Shown: piece after piece, positions 15,852-44,408 of the stretch
How positions within the stretch are numbered: position 1 is the first letter of the stretch
Layout of the letters: each line of letters starts with the position of its first letter
NCBI RefSeq assembly: GCF_009914755.1
Contig: NC_060941.1
Source: the human T2T-CHM13v2.0 reference genome, Homo sapiens
Length of the DNA: 64,000 nucleotides
Strand: one strand, 5' to 3'
The notes under the pieces: model-generated
Told to the model about the DNA's origin: nothing
Database searches by the model: none
What the model saw: only the letters and a program-made list of their open reading frames with translations
Made by a program: the position numbers and the translations under genes

Positions 15852-15975
15852 TTTTTTTTCTTAAGAGATGGGGTCTCGCTCTGTCACACAGGCTGGAGTG
15901 GAGTGGCATAATCATAGCTCACTGCAGCCTTGAACTCCTGGGCTCAAGCTATCCTCCCATATTGGTCTCCAGGTA
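15852..15975 (-). mobile_element. FLAM/AluJ monomer fragment
   Basis: 'gagatggggtctcgctctgtcac...cactgcagccttgaactcctgggctcaagc'. Confidence 0.8.
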
Positions 15976-16473
15976 TTTAGCCATTTTAATTTTACCAGTT
16001 CTCTTGGACATGTAATCACATCTCATTCAGGCTTTTATTTTAATTTTTCTGATGACCAACTGTGTTCAACACATTTTTTTATCCTGATCACCCACTTGGC
16101 TGTCTTCTTTTATAAACTGACTGTTCAAGTCTTTTGCCCACTTTTAATTGAGTGATTTATCTTTTGCATAACAATTTATAGGATTTGTTTACTCTCCAAA
16201 GAAATCTTTTGTCAGGTCTATGTATTTCAAATATGTTATCTCACTGTGACATTTCTATTCATTTTTAATTGGGATAAAAACATAACTTGTGATCTATCCT
16301 TTTAATAAGGTTTTAAATGTAAAATATAGTACTGTTAAGTATAGGCATGATGTTGTACAGAAAATCTCTGGAACTTATGCAACTTACACAACTGAAATTT
16401 TATACCCATTGAACAGCAACCCTTCTTCCTCCTTCCCCTAACCATTCTACTCTCTATTTCTATGAGTTTGACT

Positions 16474-16772
16474 TTTTTATTTTTATTTTTTTTGAGACGG
16501 AGTCTCGCTTTGTTGCCCAGGCTGGAGTGCAATGGCGCAATTTCGGCTCACTCCAAGTTCCACCTCCCAGGTTCACGCCATTCTCCCCTCAGCCTCCCGA
16601 GTAGCTGGGACTACAGGCACCCGCCACCACGCCTGGCTAATTTTGTGTATTTTTAGTAGAGACGGGGGTTTCACCATGTTTGCCAGGATGGTCTCGATCT
16701 CCTGACCTTGTGATCCGCCCGCCTCGGCCTCCCAAAGTGCTGGGATTACAGGCTTGAGCCACCGCTCCCGGC
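16474..16772 (-). mobile_element. AluY-like, full length
   Basis: Dimeric Alu with 'ttcacgccattctc' and 'ggatggtctcgatctcc'. TSD 'tgagtttgact' at 16463-16473 and 16773-16783. Confidence 0.95.
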
Positions 16773-17804
16773 TGAGTTTGACTATTTTAGAAAGCTCATA
16801 GAAGTGAAATCATGCAGAATTTGTCCTTCTGTGACTGACTTACCATGCTGACATGATATCCTCCAGGTTTATCCATGTTGTTGCAAATGGCAAAATGTAC
16901 TTCTTAAAATTGAAAATATTCCATTGTATTTATACACCACATTGTCTTTATCCATTCATGCAGTAATGGACATTTAAGTTTTTAAATTTTGTTTTTTGTG
17001 AGTAATGCTGCAAAGAACAGGGGTATGCAGGTACCTGTACCACATCCTGATTTCCATTCTTTTGGACATATGCCCAAGAGTAAGATGGGGGGTCATATAG
17101 TAGTTTTAATTTTAGTGTTTTTGAGGAACCTCCATACTGTTATTCACAGTGACTGAACCAATTTACATCCCAATTTACAGAGAGTGTACAAGGATTCCAG
17201 TTTCTCCCCATCACTGCTAACACTTGTTATGTCTTGTTTTGTTTTATAACGGCTCTCCTAATGGGTGTGAAGTGATATCATATTGTGGCTTTCATTCGTA
17301 TTTCTCTGATCATTAGGGATGTTGAACATATTTTCATATACCTTTTGGCTATTTGTATGTCTTTGAAGAAAATTTATTCAATCATTTTGCCCCCCTTTTT
17401 ATTTTTTCTGTTGTTGAAGGAGTTCCTTATATATGTAATGAGGTTTTTAGAATAAATGAATATAAGTTTAATATAGTAAAAACATTAATACAATTTTTAT
17501 TTTTATGTTTAATACATTCTGTGCTCCAGAAAAAAATATCATTGTTTATCTCACCCAAGATCATTATGATGTTCCTCAAAGTTTTCTTCTAGAAGCTTTA
17601 GCATTCATGCTTAGGTGTGTGATCCATCTTACATTGAATTTTGTGGATGATATGAGTAAGATATTAAGATTAATGAAAATGTTAATTATAATAGGTTCTC
17701 AGGTCCTAGCCAAAGGTTTTGTATATTAGGATCTCTTGAGATCTAGGTTATTTAAAGGTAATAGACAATAAGTATTAATGAATTTGTTTTCTTTATCTAT
17801 CTGG

Positions 17805-18160
17805 TGGTTCTTAAACTTTGTTGCATATTAGAATCAAGTGGTTTGCTTGCTTGCTTTGTTTTGTCTTGCTTTTAATAGCACTGCCCCAATCATACCTTCA
17901 AAAATTCTAATTTGATAACCTGGACATCAGGATTTTTGGAGGAGGAGGGGACAGGGTCTCACTCTGTCACCTAGGCTAGTGTACAGTGGCATGATCATAT
18001 CCCACTTCAGCCTCGAACTCCTGGGCTTGAGGGACCCTTCTGCCTCAGCCTCTCACGTAGCTTGAATTACAGGTGTTGAGCCACCATGCCTGGTGACATT
18101 GGGATTTTAATGGGTCTCTGGGTGAGTGAATATAAAGTCATGTTTAGGAATCATTGACAA
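17805..18160. mobile_element. MER5A-like hAT relic interrupted by a FLAM-type monomer (~17938-18094, minus strand)
   Basis: 'ggttcttaaactttgttgcatattagaatca'. The monomer is flanked by a degenerate TSD, gacatcaggatttt / gacattgggatttt. Confidence 0.7.
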
Positions 18161-20235
18161 GCTCCAGAAGCCTGGAAAAATGTATTCATGAAGACAGAGG
18201 TTAGTGTTACTGTCTCCTTGGATGAAAACACCTGACAAGATTTAGGTATTTATTTATTGATTTATTGATTTATTTATTGGGAAACAACATTGGAAGCAGT
18301 TTCTGATCTGCCTCTTTAATCCCTTGGCCAATGCAATCTTGAGTTCTTTGTAGTCTCACCATTAAGTCTTGTAGGGAGAATACATCTTTACTTCAAGTTT
18401 TCATGCACTTTATCTTCATCTTGGAGAATTATTATTTGAAAAAAAGTTCTCAATATATAACTCATATTAAGTAAAATATGTATAATACATTGCAATAATT
18501 CAACAAATATTGCTTGTGATGTTGTACTTACTTTACACTTGTGAAAAATGTAAGCAAAATTTTTAAATAGTATTACATTATTTTCATAGAAGAATCACAG
18601 TAAAATAAGAACTCTACAAGTCCATATTTTACTAAGTTGCATTATTTGAAAAGCAAACTAATTTTGAAGTATCTGATGATTTCAAAACACAGTTCACTAT
18701 TATTTAATTAGAGGATTTGAAATATAATTTTTAACATTGACTTAGATACTTTCCTGAAATCTATTAGACATAAAAGTAAATGGTATTTATACATTTGTTT
18801 GTAAGATGCTATGATTTTAAATTTAAAAGTCTATGTAGCTTTTTCTGAAGGAAGCTGTTCTACAATTGTAGAAGCAATTTTGGGGCATTTCTCTTACTTG
18901 ATTGACTTTTTTCTTATCCAGATGCTACCAATTTTCAAGCTTGCACAAAGTCCACTTCTATGAGGGAACTCAGCCTACAAGGCTGTCATGTACATCAGTA
19001 ACATCTATATCTTTATAGTACCACATACGCCTTGCCTTATCAAATGAAATTATATACCACGAAGTCAGGATCGTATCTCAACTGTTCTGTAAACTCCACA
19101 ATGCATAGCATAGTGTCACTCATGGGAAAAATGAAATACTTGTGATTGAAATGGATTAACATTCTTCTCATGTTAAGGAACGTACTTCTTTTATTGTACC
19201 TGTTGTTATGCAGGGTGTAAGATTTATTATTTTCTCCAGAATTGATATCAATAATTAAAAATATATAAAAATTGAAGATAAATGGGGAAACGAACAATTT
19301 ATGAAGGTCAAAACTATGAAGTAAATTTCAGTTCATGGATATTTGGTAGAAATACTAGGTTGGAGAGTATGGTTCACATTTGAGACCAAATTAAATATTA
19401 TTTAATAGATTTCTTTCATACTTAGTTGAAGGAAAGCATGTAATAAAAACCTAGCTTGACCAAAAACCTGACTTGCTCTTGGCAAAAATTGTGGTGTAGA
19501 GAGAGAGAAAGAGAGAGAGAAGGAAGTAAGAAAATTAATAACCTCTACTCTGTGGGAAAGTCGTTCCATTCCAAATGACACAAATAGAGAATCTGATGAA
19601 TCCGAGCCTAAGAAAGTCGAAAAGGAAGCAGATTGGTATCTAATCATTGAAGACAATAAACCTGAACACTAAAAAGACATGACTAAATAAATGTCAGGTT
19701 CTGAACAATTAAACTGGTTACTTCTCTTACATTGAAGTAAAGAGAGACTGGAAATTTCTGCCTCAACTCTCCCTATCAACTCAATACCTTAGAGTCGAAC
19801 ATAGTGTTCCAAATAAAAATATAATGAGGCAGAAGATGACACCTTGTTTACTAAATTTTCTAGTTCATATTGAATAGTTCCATCTGAGCTTGAAAGCCAA
19901 GGTCTTGGGGAACCATTTTTAATGTGCTTTTCAAAGAGCTCATATTAAAATAATTACTTTATATGTAATTAGCAAATAATTAGATATGAGGCTCACAAAG
20001 GAAATATTTATGTTCATATAATATGGCTAATGTATGGTAACAATAGTATTAAATCTATAGATCTATGATGGGAGAATTACTAGAAAAACAATAGTGGGTC
20101 TCCCAATCCATGAGCATGGAATGATTTTCCATTTGCTTAGATGATTAGTTTTCAGCATACAAATCTTACACACATTTTGCTACATTTATTTCCAAGGGTT
20201 TATTTTTATAGTATTGTGAATATAATTATTTCTTA

Positions 20236-20537
20236 ATTTTTTTTTAAGAGAGAAAGTGTCTTGCTCTATCTACCTGGCTGGAGTGCAGCATCTTGCAATC
20301 ATAGCTCACTGCAACCTTGAACTACTGGGCTCAAGCAACTCTCCTGCCTCAGTCTCCTGAGTACCTAGGACTGAGGTGAATGCCACCAAGCCTAGCTAAT
20401 TAAAAATAAATAAATACATTTGTAAAGAAGATCTCTGTTTGTTGCGCAGGCTGGTTTTGAACTCCTAGCCTCAAGTAATCCTCCTGACTTGACCTCCCAA
20501 GGCACTGGGATTACAGGCCTGAGCTCTTTAGCCCAGC
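20236..20537 (-). mobile_element. AluJ
   Basis: Dimeric, diverged Alu with J-type 'catagctcactgcaaccttgaactactgggctcaagc'. Confidence 0.85.
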
Positions 20538-21451
20538 CACTTCCATTTCCTGATGGTTTTATCAATGTATTCTTCATTGTATTGACTATAATCTCCAGTG
20601 CAATATTGGATAGAATTGGTGAGAGTGAACATTATAAACATCTTTGGCATGTCGCCAATTTTGAGGGGAAAACATCCAGTCTTTCACCATTAGATGTGCT
20701 GTAAAACACAGTGTTTTTGGTGATTGTTGTTGCTGATGTCCTCTATCAGGTTGAAGAAATTCCATTCTATTTTTTTATTCATGTTAGATTCTGTCAAATC
20801 ATTTTCCTGCATCATTGAGATAATCGTTTCATTTTAGTTCTTTATTTTACAACATAATATATTACATTATTTACTTTTTAAATACTAAAACAATCCTGCA
20901 TTTCTGGGATTAATTTCACTTAGTTATGGAGTGCAATCATTTGTATACATGGTTGAATTTAGTTTGATAATATTTTATTGGAGATTTTCGTGTCTATATT
21001 TGTGAGGTATACTGATCTGTAATTTTATTTTTATTTTTTCTTTTTTAAAATTTCTTTTTCTTTCTTCTTTCATTTTTGCTTTTGAATATAGGCCTTATAA
21101 CATCAATTGGGAAGTTTTTCTCTTTCTCTATTTTCTGAGTATGAGTATCATTTCTTCATTGACTATGTGAAATAATTTACCAGTGAAGTCATGTGGTCCT
21201 GTATATTCTCTTATGGAAGACTTTTAATTGTTAATTCAACATATTTATTCAGATTTTCTATTCATGTTTGTTTCAGCTGTGGTAATTTATACATTTTTAA
21301 GACTTTCTACCATAAATATAAGTTGTATAATTTGTGGTCACAAAGTATTTAATAGTATTTCCCTTATAATTCATACATTTGGACAGGATGGGGGAGAATT
21401 GGCAGTAGTAACCTTTGTTCCTGATTTTGGTAATCAACACTTTATCTCTTA

Positions 21452-21747
21452 TTTCTTTTCTTTTTTGAGACAGAGTTTTGCCGTTGTCACCCAGGCTGGA
21501 GTGCAAAGGCAGGATCTGGGTTCACTGTAACCTCTGCCTCCTGGGTTCAAGCGATTCTCCTTCCTCAGCCTCCTGAGTAGCTGGGATTACAGGTGCCCAC
21601 CACCACGCCCGGCTAATTTTTGTAATTTTTGGAGATGGGGTTTCACCATGTTGGCCAGGCTAGTCACGAACTGCTGGCCTCAAGTGATCCATCTGCCATG
21701 GCCTCCCAAAGTGTTGGGATTACAGGTGTGAGCCACCATGCCTGGTC
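21452..21747 (-). mobile_element. AluS (Sx/Sz-like)
   Basis: Dimeric Alu with 'gggttcaagcgattctcc' and 'cctcaagtgatcc'. Confidence 0.9.
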
Positions 21748-21865
21748 TTTTTTATTATTCATCATCTAAATATTTCTCAATTTTGTTTAACTTTTCAAAG
21801 ATTTAGATTTTGGATCATTAAATTTCTTTGTTTTTTGTTTTCTTTTTTCTGTTATTTTTTTTTTG

Positions 21866-22100
21866 CATAACATTTTTATTTAAAAAATAACTATTTTCCA
21901 CAAGAACAAAAGTGTAGCGAGAGGAGTGGTGATAAAGGTTACATCCTGGCGAGTCTCTCTAAGGTCTGGCTAGCAGAGGATTGCTGACTTCTCATACCTG
22001 CTTCTGCATTCACCCTGCTGCTACCACACCCTTATGTAGTCTCTGGAAAACTCCACTGTGTTCTTGTGACAGAATGACAGTAAAAATGGCAAAAACATTT
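21866..22100. mobile_element. hAT-Charlie (Charlie1-family-like) DNA transposon fragment
   Basis: 'aaaataactattttcc', 'ttctcatacctgcttctgcattca', 'tctggaaaactccactg'. Confidence 0.6.
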
Positions 22101-22416
22101 ATTAAGGACTGAATTCTATCCCCCACACCACCCACCGAAATTTATACACTGAAGTCCTAACCCCTGGTGTGACTCTATTTGGAGTGAAGATTTAAGGCTA
22201 ATGAGGTCATAAGAGTGGAATCCTGGTTCCATACAATTAATGTCCTTATAAGAAGAGACACTGGAGAGCTTCTCTCTGCCATGTGAGGCCACAGCAGGAA
22301 GACAGCCATCCACAGGCCAGGAAGAGAGCCCTCACTAGGACCTACAACGGGCAAACACCTCGATTTGGAACTTCCCTGCCTCCACAATTGTGAGAAATCA
22401 ATGACTCGTTTAAGCC
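22101..22416 (+). mobile_element. MLT1A/B-like LTR, 3'-truncated
   Basis: 'gaagtcctaacccc', 'aatgaggtcataag', 'gtccttataagaagaga', 'gccaggaagagagccctcac'. Stops at 'ttaagcc' followed by T10. Confidence 0.75.
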
Positions 22417-22618
22417 TTTTTTTTTTAATAGGATTTGAGATTGGTTATATTAAGGTAACAATGGAAACATGAATACAAAATTAATCCACACATAGGAAAA
22501 AGGAATAATACATAAACCACTGAGGTTGCTAATAATAATGATGCCTGTTTCCAAGGCAAGTGAATACATTATGAGACCACTGAAGTGACTTTTAGTTACC
22601 TTGCTTAGTGCCTCTGTC

Positions 22619-27280
<4,662 letters not shown>

Positions 27281-28261
27281 GATATTTATTCCTTCTATAT
27301 TTTCCTATAAACTCAAAAGCCTATTAAAATGTTAACTATATGGAAAATACATAATACATACTGATGACAAATTTATTTATAATAAAAATATCTTAGTATC
27401 TTTATATGTGGATGATATTGACAAAGTTTTTCTCTTTAGTTATTTTACAATTGACTTTTAAAATGTCTTGTTATTCAGTAACGTCTCTAAGTGCTTTCCA
27501 ACAATAACTGAGAAAAATAGGTGATTGAAACTTGAGAGTTTCACAGGCTTAGTCTACTTCTGAGGTGAGATGAGAAGCCACAGACAGACTATCTCTCAAC
27601 TATGATAGTAATCTTAATTGATCTCAGAATTTTGCTTTACTAGGTCTTAAGCTTATTGTTCTTTATTACCCATTATTTCACACTTTGCAACTGACTGGGC
27701 ATTTTGCCAGTGATCACAATGAATAAAATGTGGCTTCAGCGGCCTATTACTGTGCTCAATGTCTTTGCAAGTTGCTGGCAAACATGATTTTATTTTAGAT
27801 ACTGTTATATGAAGTAATTTTTTAAAATTTATAGTTTGCCAATTTATTCATAAATTTCTTAGTATCATTTTCATTATTAACACATTTACATACCGTGCTT
27901 CACACTTACCTGTAAAATAGTGAATTCTACATCAAAAGTATTTAACGAGAACACTGGTGGATGAAGTGACTATACTTCCAAAGCAAAATCATCTCTTTTT
28001 AATTCATCAGCTTAGACGGAGAATGTTTAATGTTACTTGTAAATAATGGACTAACAAAAATCCACTAACCCTACCTTTTGTGTTTTTATATGCAAAATAG
28101 AGTTGTGTTAGACTGTCTTGAAATTGACTGACCTGCTCTATATAAAGGCTTGAGGTGATCAGGAATACTCTATTCTAAGGATATGGGAGTTTTGACAATT
28201 ATAATATCCAGAAAATATAATATCCATTCATACAATATGAATGGGGAATGCAGGTGTACTT

Positions 28262-28264
<3 letters not shown>

Positions 28265-28313
<49 letters not shown>
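28265..28313. repeat. Pure (TA)n microsatellite, ~24 units
   Basis: Visible directly. Confidence 0.97.
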
Positions 28314-28315
<2 letters not shown>

Positions 28316-28348
28316 TATTCATGTATACACATTCTGTGTTACTTTCTG

Positions 28349-28787
28349 TGTTAGCCTGCCACAGTGTCATGAATGCTAGGAGAAGATACAGGACCCCTGG
28401 TTCATGGACAAAGACTTTATTTCTCAAGGCACAGCAAGGGGCATGAGTTACTCATTCTTATTGTTCCTTTTACCCCAAAAGTCTAACAAGACAAAGTAGA
28501 GGGACCTGAGTAGATACTACACACAGTGGATTTACATCAGAGCTTAGCTACTCTAGGCTGAAGGAGCCCAATCATTTTATCATGAGATATAAGCAAACCT
28601 CCCCAGGATTTGCCTTGGAGGGAGACATCTTTATTACCAATAAGTAAGAAAATATATTCTTGCTTTAAAAGGGGATACTTTGTCTTTCAGAATTGTTCTC
28701 TACACAAAGATCCTTTAAAAGGGAGCCTAGTGCAGAATAACAGTTGTGCAGAAATGCAAAAGACACTTGGAGGACTGTCTCCTAACA
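28349..28787 (-). mobile_element. ERVL-type solo LTR (MER54/MER73/MER74 group)
   Basis: The reverse complement starts 'tgttaggagacagtcctcc...catttctgcac', as in this family. tg...ca termini. Confidence 0.6.
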
Positions 28788-29539
28788 CCTATCAAATGCA
28801 GAGTACTACATTAGGTATCAGGGAAAGAAAGATGAAATTATTTGGGCTGATGGAAATCAGCAGCTCACTTAAAAGAAGCATGAGTGGAAAGTTAGTTATG
28901 GTAACGCAGGAGAGGAAGTGATACCATAATGTTTAAAACAGGGAGACATTTAGCCAAGTCTAGGAGGTCAGGGAGTACTTTTCAAAGTTAATACCTGATA
29001 AGAGTTTTGATGTAAATTTTCTAAAAACGCTTCTATGTAGCTGTATCTTTCTTACTTTCTTAGGGGTTCTAGGTTATACAAAAGTCAAGAATTTCAAGGC
29101 TTTTTATTAAAAATTGCTCAACATATGTTTCTAAGATTTGTTTGCTACCAGTAGCCTCCTTTAGCCAAAATTTCATAAGGTTTCAAGATTATATAAAGAT
29201 AATGAAAACTAATCTGAATTAGAGTTTTTGCTTAATTAGTAGGATCTTGGAAATTATCTTGAAGAATATAAGAAGATTTTAATAATAATTTTATGTGCAA
29301 ACTCTTGCCCATAACAATAATGTTTTATAATTTTATCTCCTTCTCATCTCACTTGAATATGCAATGTTCAACTAAAATCACTTATAAAAGAAGCAGGAAT
29401 ATGGGAATATTTAGCCTTTGGGGAATCTTATTTCCTATGTTGTTGACTATGGCCTCCAAGGAGGAATTTTAGATCCCTATTTCCCTGCAAGATGATCTAT
29501 TATGGTGGATTATAACTTCTATGTCTCATTTTATCTCAT

Positions 29540-29912
29540 AATGGATAAAGAAAACTTGGCACATATACCATGGAATATTATGCAGCCATAAAAAAAGGAT
29601 GAGTTCATGTCCTTTGCAGGGACATGGATGAAGCTGGAATCCATCATTCTCAGCAAACTAACACAGGAACAGAAAACCAAACACCACATGTTCTCACTCG
29701 TAAATGGGGCTCGAACAGTGAGAACACATGGACACAGGGAGGGAAACATCACACACTGTGGCCTGTTGGGGGTTGGGAGGGCTAGGGTATTAGGAGAAGT
29801 ATCTAATGTAGATAATGAGTTGATGGGTGCAACAAACTCTCATGGCTCATGTATACCTATGTAACAATCCTGTATGTTCTGCACATGTATCCCAGAAGTT
29901 AAAGTATAAAAA
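29540..29912 (+). mobile_element. Short L1 3' end (L1PA7/8-like)
   Basis: 'gagttcatgtcctttgcagggacatggatgaagctgg', 'ctaacacaggaacagaaaacc', ending 'aaagtataaaaaa'. Confidence 0.9.
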
Positions 29913-30154
29913 ATTCCATATTTTTATATTTTGATGTACATATTATACCAGTATAGTTATATATGTAAAAATTTTAAGGGTAAATACATATAAAACATAT
30001 ATTAGTCTTTGATCAGAATTGTATTACCAATATAAATAAGAATATCATTTAGAATATAAAATTCCTGATTCTGCAACAAATGACTTAATATTATCAATAT
30101 TAATCATAATTATTTAAATGCTTTTTAGCTGCCCATCACCATATTAATAATAGG

Positions 30155-30420
30155 AATAATGACAGCTAATTTTAATTGAGTACTTCCTAAATGTGGCCCA
30201 GTTACAGTAAAACAAACACTATTAGATACACCCCATCAATCATTACAGCAAGTCTATGAAACATACTGCATTACTAAGTCAATATTAGAAATGAAAAACT
30301 CATGGGAAGGATATGTATAAAACTTGCTCAAAGTTACCCAGCTAATAAGAGGCTAGGACAAGATTAAACATCTATGTAGTTTTCTTTCCTGAGCTGAAGT
30401 TCCTAAATCCTTGGCTGCAT
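30155..30420. mobile_element. MIR
   Basis: 'aataatgacagcta...ttgagtactt', 'aacttgctcaaagttacccagcta'. Confidence 0.6.
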
Positions 30421-30973
30421 GGCGCCTCATTCAAAAGTCCTAAATTGGCTAAAATATATATAACAGAAAATTCACAGAATCATTTCCTTCTACTTGTCCA
30501 CTACCAGGGCTGTTAACAGTCCCAAGCAAAAGGACAAAAATTTTTTCTACTTGAGATAAGAAAAATATACAGGGTGACAGAAGGTGTTCTACCAATATAA
30601 AAACACTTTACCAGGAAAATTGAGAAGAGGGCTGTTAACCTTTGGGGAAATGTAGGCCTTCAGTGGATTCTTGTTAGAAACATAAAGATGTAGAGAGAAG
30701 ATTTTCATTTAAAAGCCTCTTCCATTCAGCAAAGTATATTCTGAATCCTTTATGGTATTAGGCTCCCATATAGTTACAAGTAACCCCATGTGGTTTTAGA
30801 ATTCTTAAATATTCGCACACATAGTCATCTGAAGAATGAATAAATCCATGAATGACTAAACAGAGTTTATTCCCATATCATTTTCAATATCCCTAAATTA
30901 TGCTTACATCCTTAAATCTGTTACTTCATTCTCAAAGCACATAGTCTGTAACTCATAAAAATAAACTCCTGTT

Positions 30974-31290
30974 GGCCAGGCACAGTGGCTCACGCCTGTA
31001 ATCCCAGTACTTTGGGAGGCTGAGGTGGGCGGATCACCTGAGGTCAGGAGTTCCTGACCAGCCTGATCAACATGGAGAAACCCTGTCTCTACTAAAAATA
31101 CAAAATTAGCCAGGATTGGTGGCGCATGCCTGTAATCCCAGCTACTGGGAAGGCTGAGGCAGCAGACTCGCTTGAACCCAGGAGGTGGAGGTTGCGGTAA
31201 GCCAAGATCAAGCCATTGCACTCCAGCCTGGGCAACAAGAGCGAAATTCTGTCTCAATAAATAAATAAATAAATAAATAAATAAACAAAC
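30974..31290 (+). mobile_element. AluSp-like with (AAAT)n tail
   Basis: 'cctgatcaacatggagaaaccc'. TSD aaactcctgt (30963-30972) / aaacacctgt (31291-31300). Confidence 0.92.
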
Positions 31291-31629
31291 AAACACCTGT
31301 CTTCCTAGTGTTTTATGTCTATAGTTCAGAAATGCTTTACCTACTTCATGATGTGTAGTTTGTTCTGATCTGTTCCTTTTCTTCATTGTGTCTAGCCTCA
31401 TAAGTCATCTTCCTAGTTTTGGAATAACCTAATCCCGTAAGGTCATTGCTAATGTTTCAGCTTTGAATAATTTCCTATTTTCTGCCCTATGTATTGAACC
31501 CTTCTGTTAATTATGCTGTCTTTAATATATCTTACTTGCTTTGAATAGACTTCTGTACCATTCTACTTATAGGTTGTTCCAGCCAAACTCATTCTAAATA
31601 GGTCAGGCATGGCCTAAACATTCTAAATA

Positions 31630-31931
31630 GGCCAGGCATGGTGGCTCACGCCTGTAATCCCAGCACTTTAGGAGGCTGAGGTGGGCAAATCAAAAGGTCA
31701 GGAGTTCGAGACCAGCCTGGCTAAATGTTGAAACCCCATCTCTACTAAAGATACAAAAAATTAGCCAGGTGTGGTGACTTGTGCCTGAAATTGCAGCTAC
31801 TCAGGAGGCTGAGGCAGTTGAATTGCTTGAACACAGGAGGCAGATGTTGCAGCGAGCCGAGATCTCACCATTGTACTCCAGCCTGGGTGACGGGCCGATA
31901 CTCCATCTCCAAAAAAAAAAAAAAAAAAAAA
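31630..31931 (+). mobile_element. AluS (Sc/Sg-like) with A21 tail
   Basis: Full dimeric Alu from 'ggccaggcatggtggctc' to poly(A). Confidence 0.9.
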
Positions 31932-33261
31932 GTAAAGAAAAACATTTATGAAAGTGTGCACAACAAAATTAAAATGTTGACTCTAAAGTGAGCAACTGAA
32001 TGACTGGGATGCATAAGAGAAAAGGGTACTTAACATTTTTATACCTATTGAATTGTATCCTATGTACGTATTATAAATTTAAATGTGCAATAATGCAGAT
32101 AACTGAAATGTGGGTATGCTTTGATTAGGACTTTGCATTTCCCATTTGCTCAAACTCCTCATGATTCTGGATGCATATGAATAGAAATACAAAATGTAAG
32201 GGGACCGAGGACTTCTCATAGCCCTTTCTTCTTTCCACATTTTGTGTCTCTGGCTGTAGTTTGCCATATGAGTCTATATGGCTAATGAGCAAAATATTTT
32301 TCAGATGGATACCTGTGACCAAGCATTGCATTTTAAAGATATTTCTGAATCTTGGACCTCTTATTTACAGTGAAGCCCCCTCATGCATAGTAAAGCAGAC
32401 AGGAATGTAAAAGGTTGCTGCATCGATAATCAATTTCTGGTGAGCAGTAATTATAGGTAATGTAAACAGGGACAATTATTGCTTTTCATCATATCTTGAG
32501 AGAAATCCTACAGCCAATGATTTTGAAAAAAATAAAACATCTAAGTTCACTCTTTTCTATAATGAAAAGACATTATCCAGTAGAAGTTCAAGAGTACAGT
32601 CTGAAGGCAGCTTATCTGACCTGGCCACATGGTCTTGCCACTTTAGTTAAAGACAACTTCCTACACAGTAACCTCTCCAGACCTCAGATCCTCAACTCTC
32701 TAAAATGGAAACCTAGTAGTATTTACCTCTAGAACTGCAGCTGAACTGAGCATTTTAGGAAAGGAACAAACACACACACGATATATATAATCAGATTATG
32801 AACGCAGTGTGGCCCAGAGTGCAAAAATTTCTCAGTACTAGAGATTCTCAAGAGAAAAATGAGATGTAGTCTATCTCAGTGGCCTTTCATGTGGCAAATG
32901 AAAAGTGAAAGTCCATAATGAGAAATACATGGGCAGCCAGTGACACCACCCATTCAATGTAGACTCTCAACATCTCTGACAGTCATTACCTGTTGTACCC
33001 TGACCTGCTTATATATTGGGGTAATATCACCTTTTGATCAAAACATACATAAACCTCAAGCCTCAGTAAGAAATATTTATGGACAACCAGATTTTCTGTG
33101 TTTCCAGTCAAAACTCAGGTAGACCACATTTTATGTGACAGGAGAAGGCACAGTTGATGCCCAGTTAACCCTGAGATCATCTCTGCCTGCAGCTTCCTAT
33201 CATCATAGCAAGCTCTTTCCCTGAAGTACATCATCTGTATCTGCTCTTTGCTATATAAGTA

Positions 33262-34514
<1,253 letters not shown>

Positions 34515-34680
34515 TAATTTATCTTTTTGAGACAGGTTTTAGCTCTGTCACTCAGGCTGGAGTGCAGTGGTGCAATCATGGCTCTATGCAGCCCCAACCT
34601 CCAGGGCTCAAGTAACCCTCCCACATCAGCCTCCTGAGTATCTGGGACCACAGGGATGTGCCACCATGCCTGGCACATTT
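34515..34680 (-). mobile_element. AluJ/FRAM right-arm monomer
   Basis: 'gagacagg...ggctcaagtaaccctcccac...gccaccatgcctggc'. No left arm follows. Confidence 0.8.
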
Positions 34681-34719
34681 CTTAGACCTCTGAAAAGATG
34701 CTCAACACCATATGTCACT

Positions 34720-44408
<9,689 letters not shown>

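Larger units (their letters stand above)
15170..17680 (-). mobile_element. Nested old L1M (L1ME and L1MA/MB-like) 3' fragments
   Basis: Antisense L1 3' motifs, e.g. 'tttgaggaacctccatactgtt' and 'atgggtgtgaagtgatatcatattgtgg'. Confidence 0.7.
20085..21850 (-). mobile_element. Old L1M ORF2 fragment interrupted by two Alus
   Basis: 'ccaatccatgagcatggaatg', 'ctttcaccatta', 'ccagtgaagtcatgtggtcctg'. Confidence 0.7.

Noticed and set aside
19470-19672. Protein-like open stretch (…ESDESEPKKVEKEADWYLIIED…)
   Set aside because: No start codon or convincing splice sites, partly built from a GA repeat, and no recognised homology.
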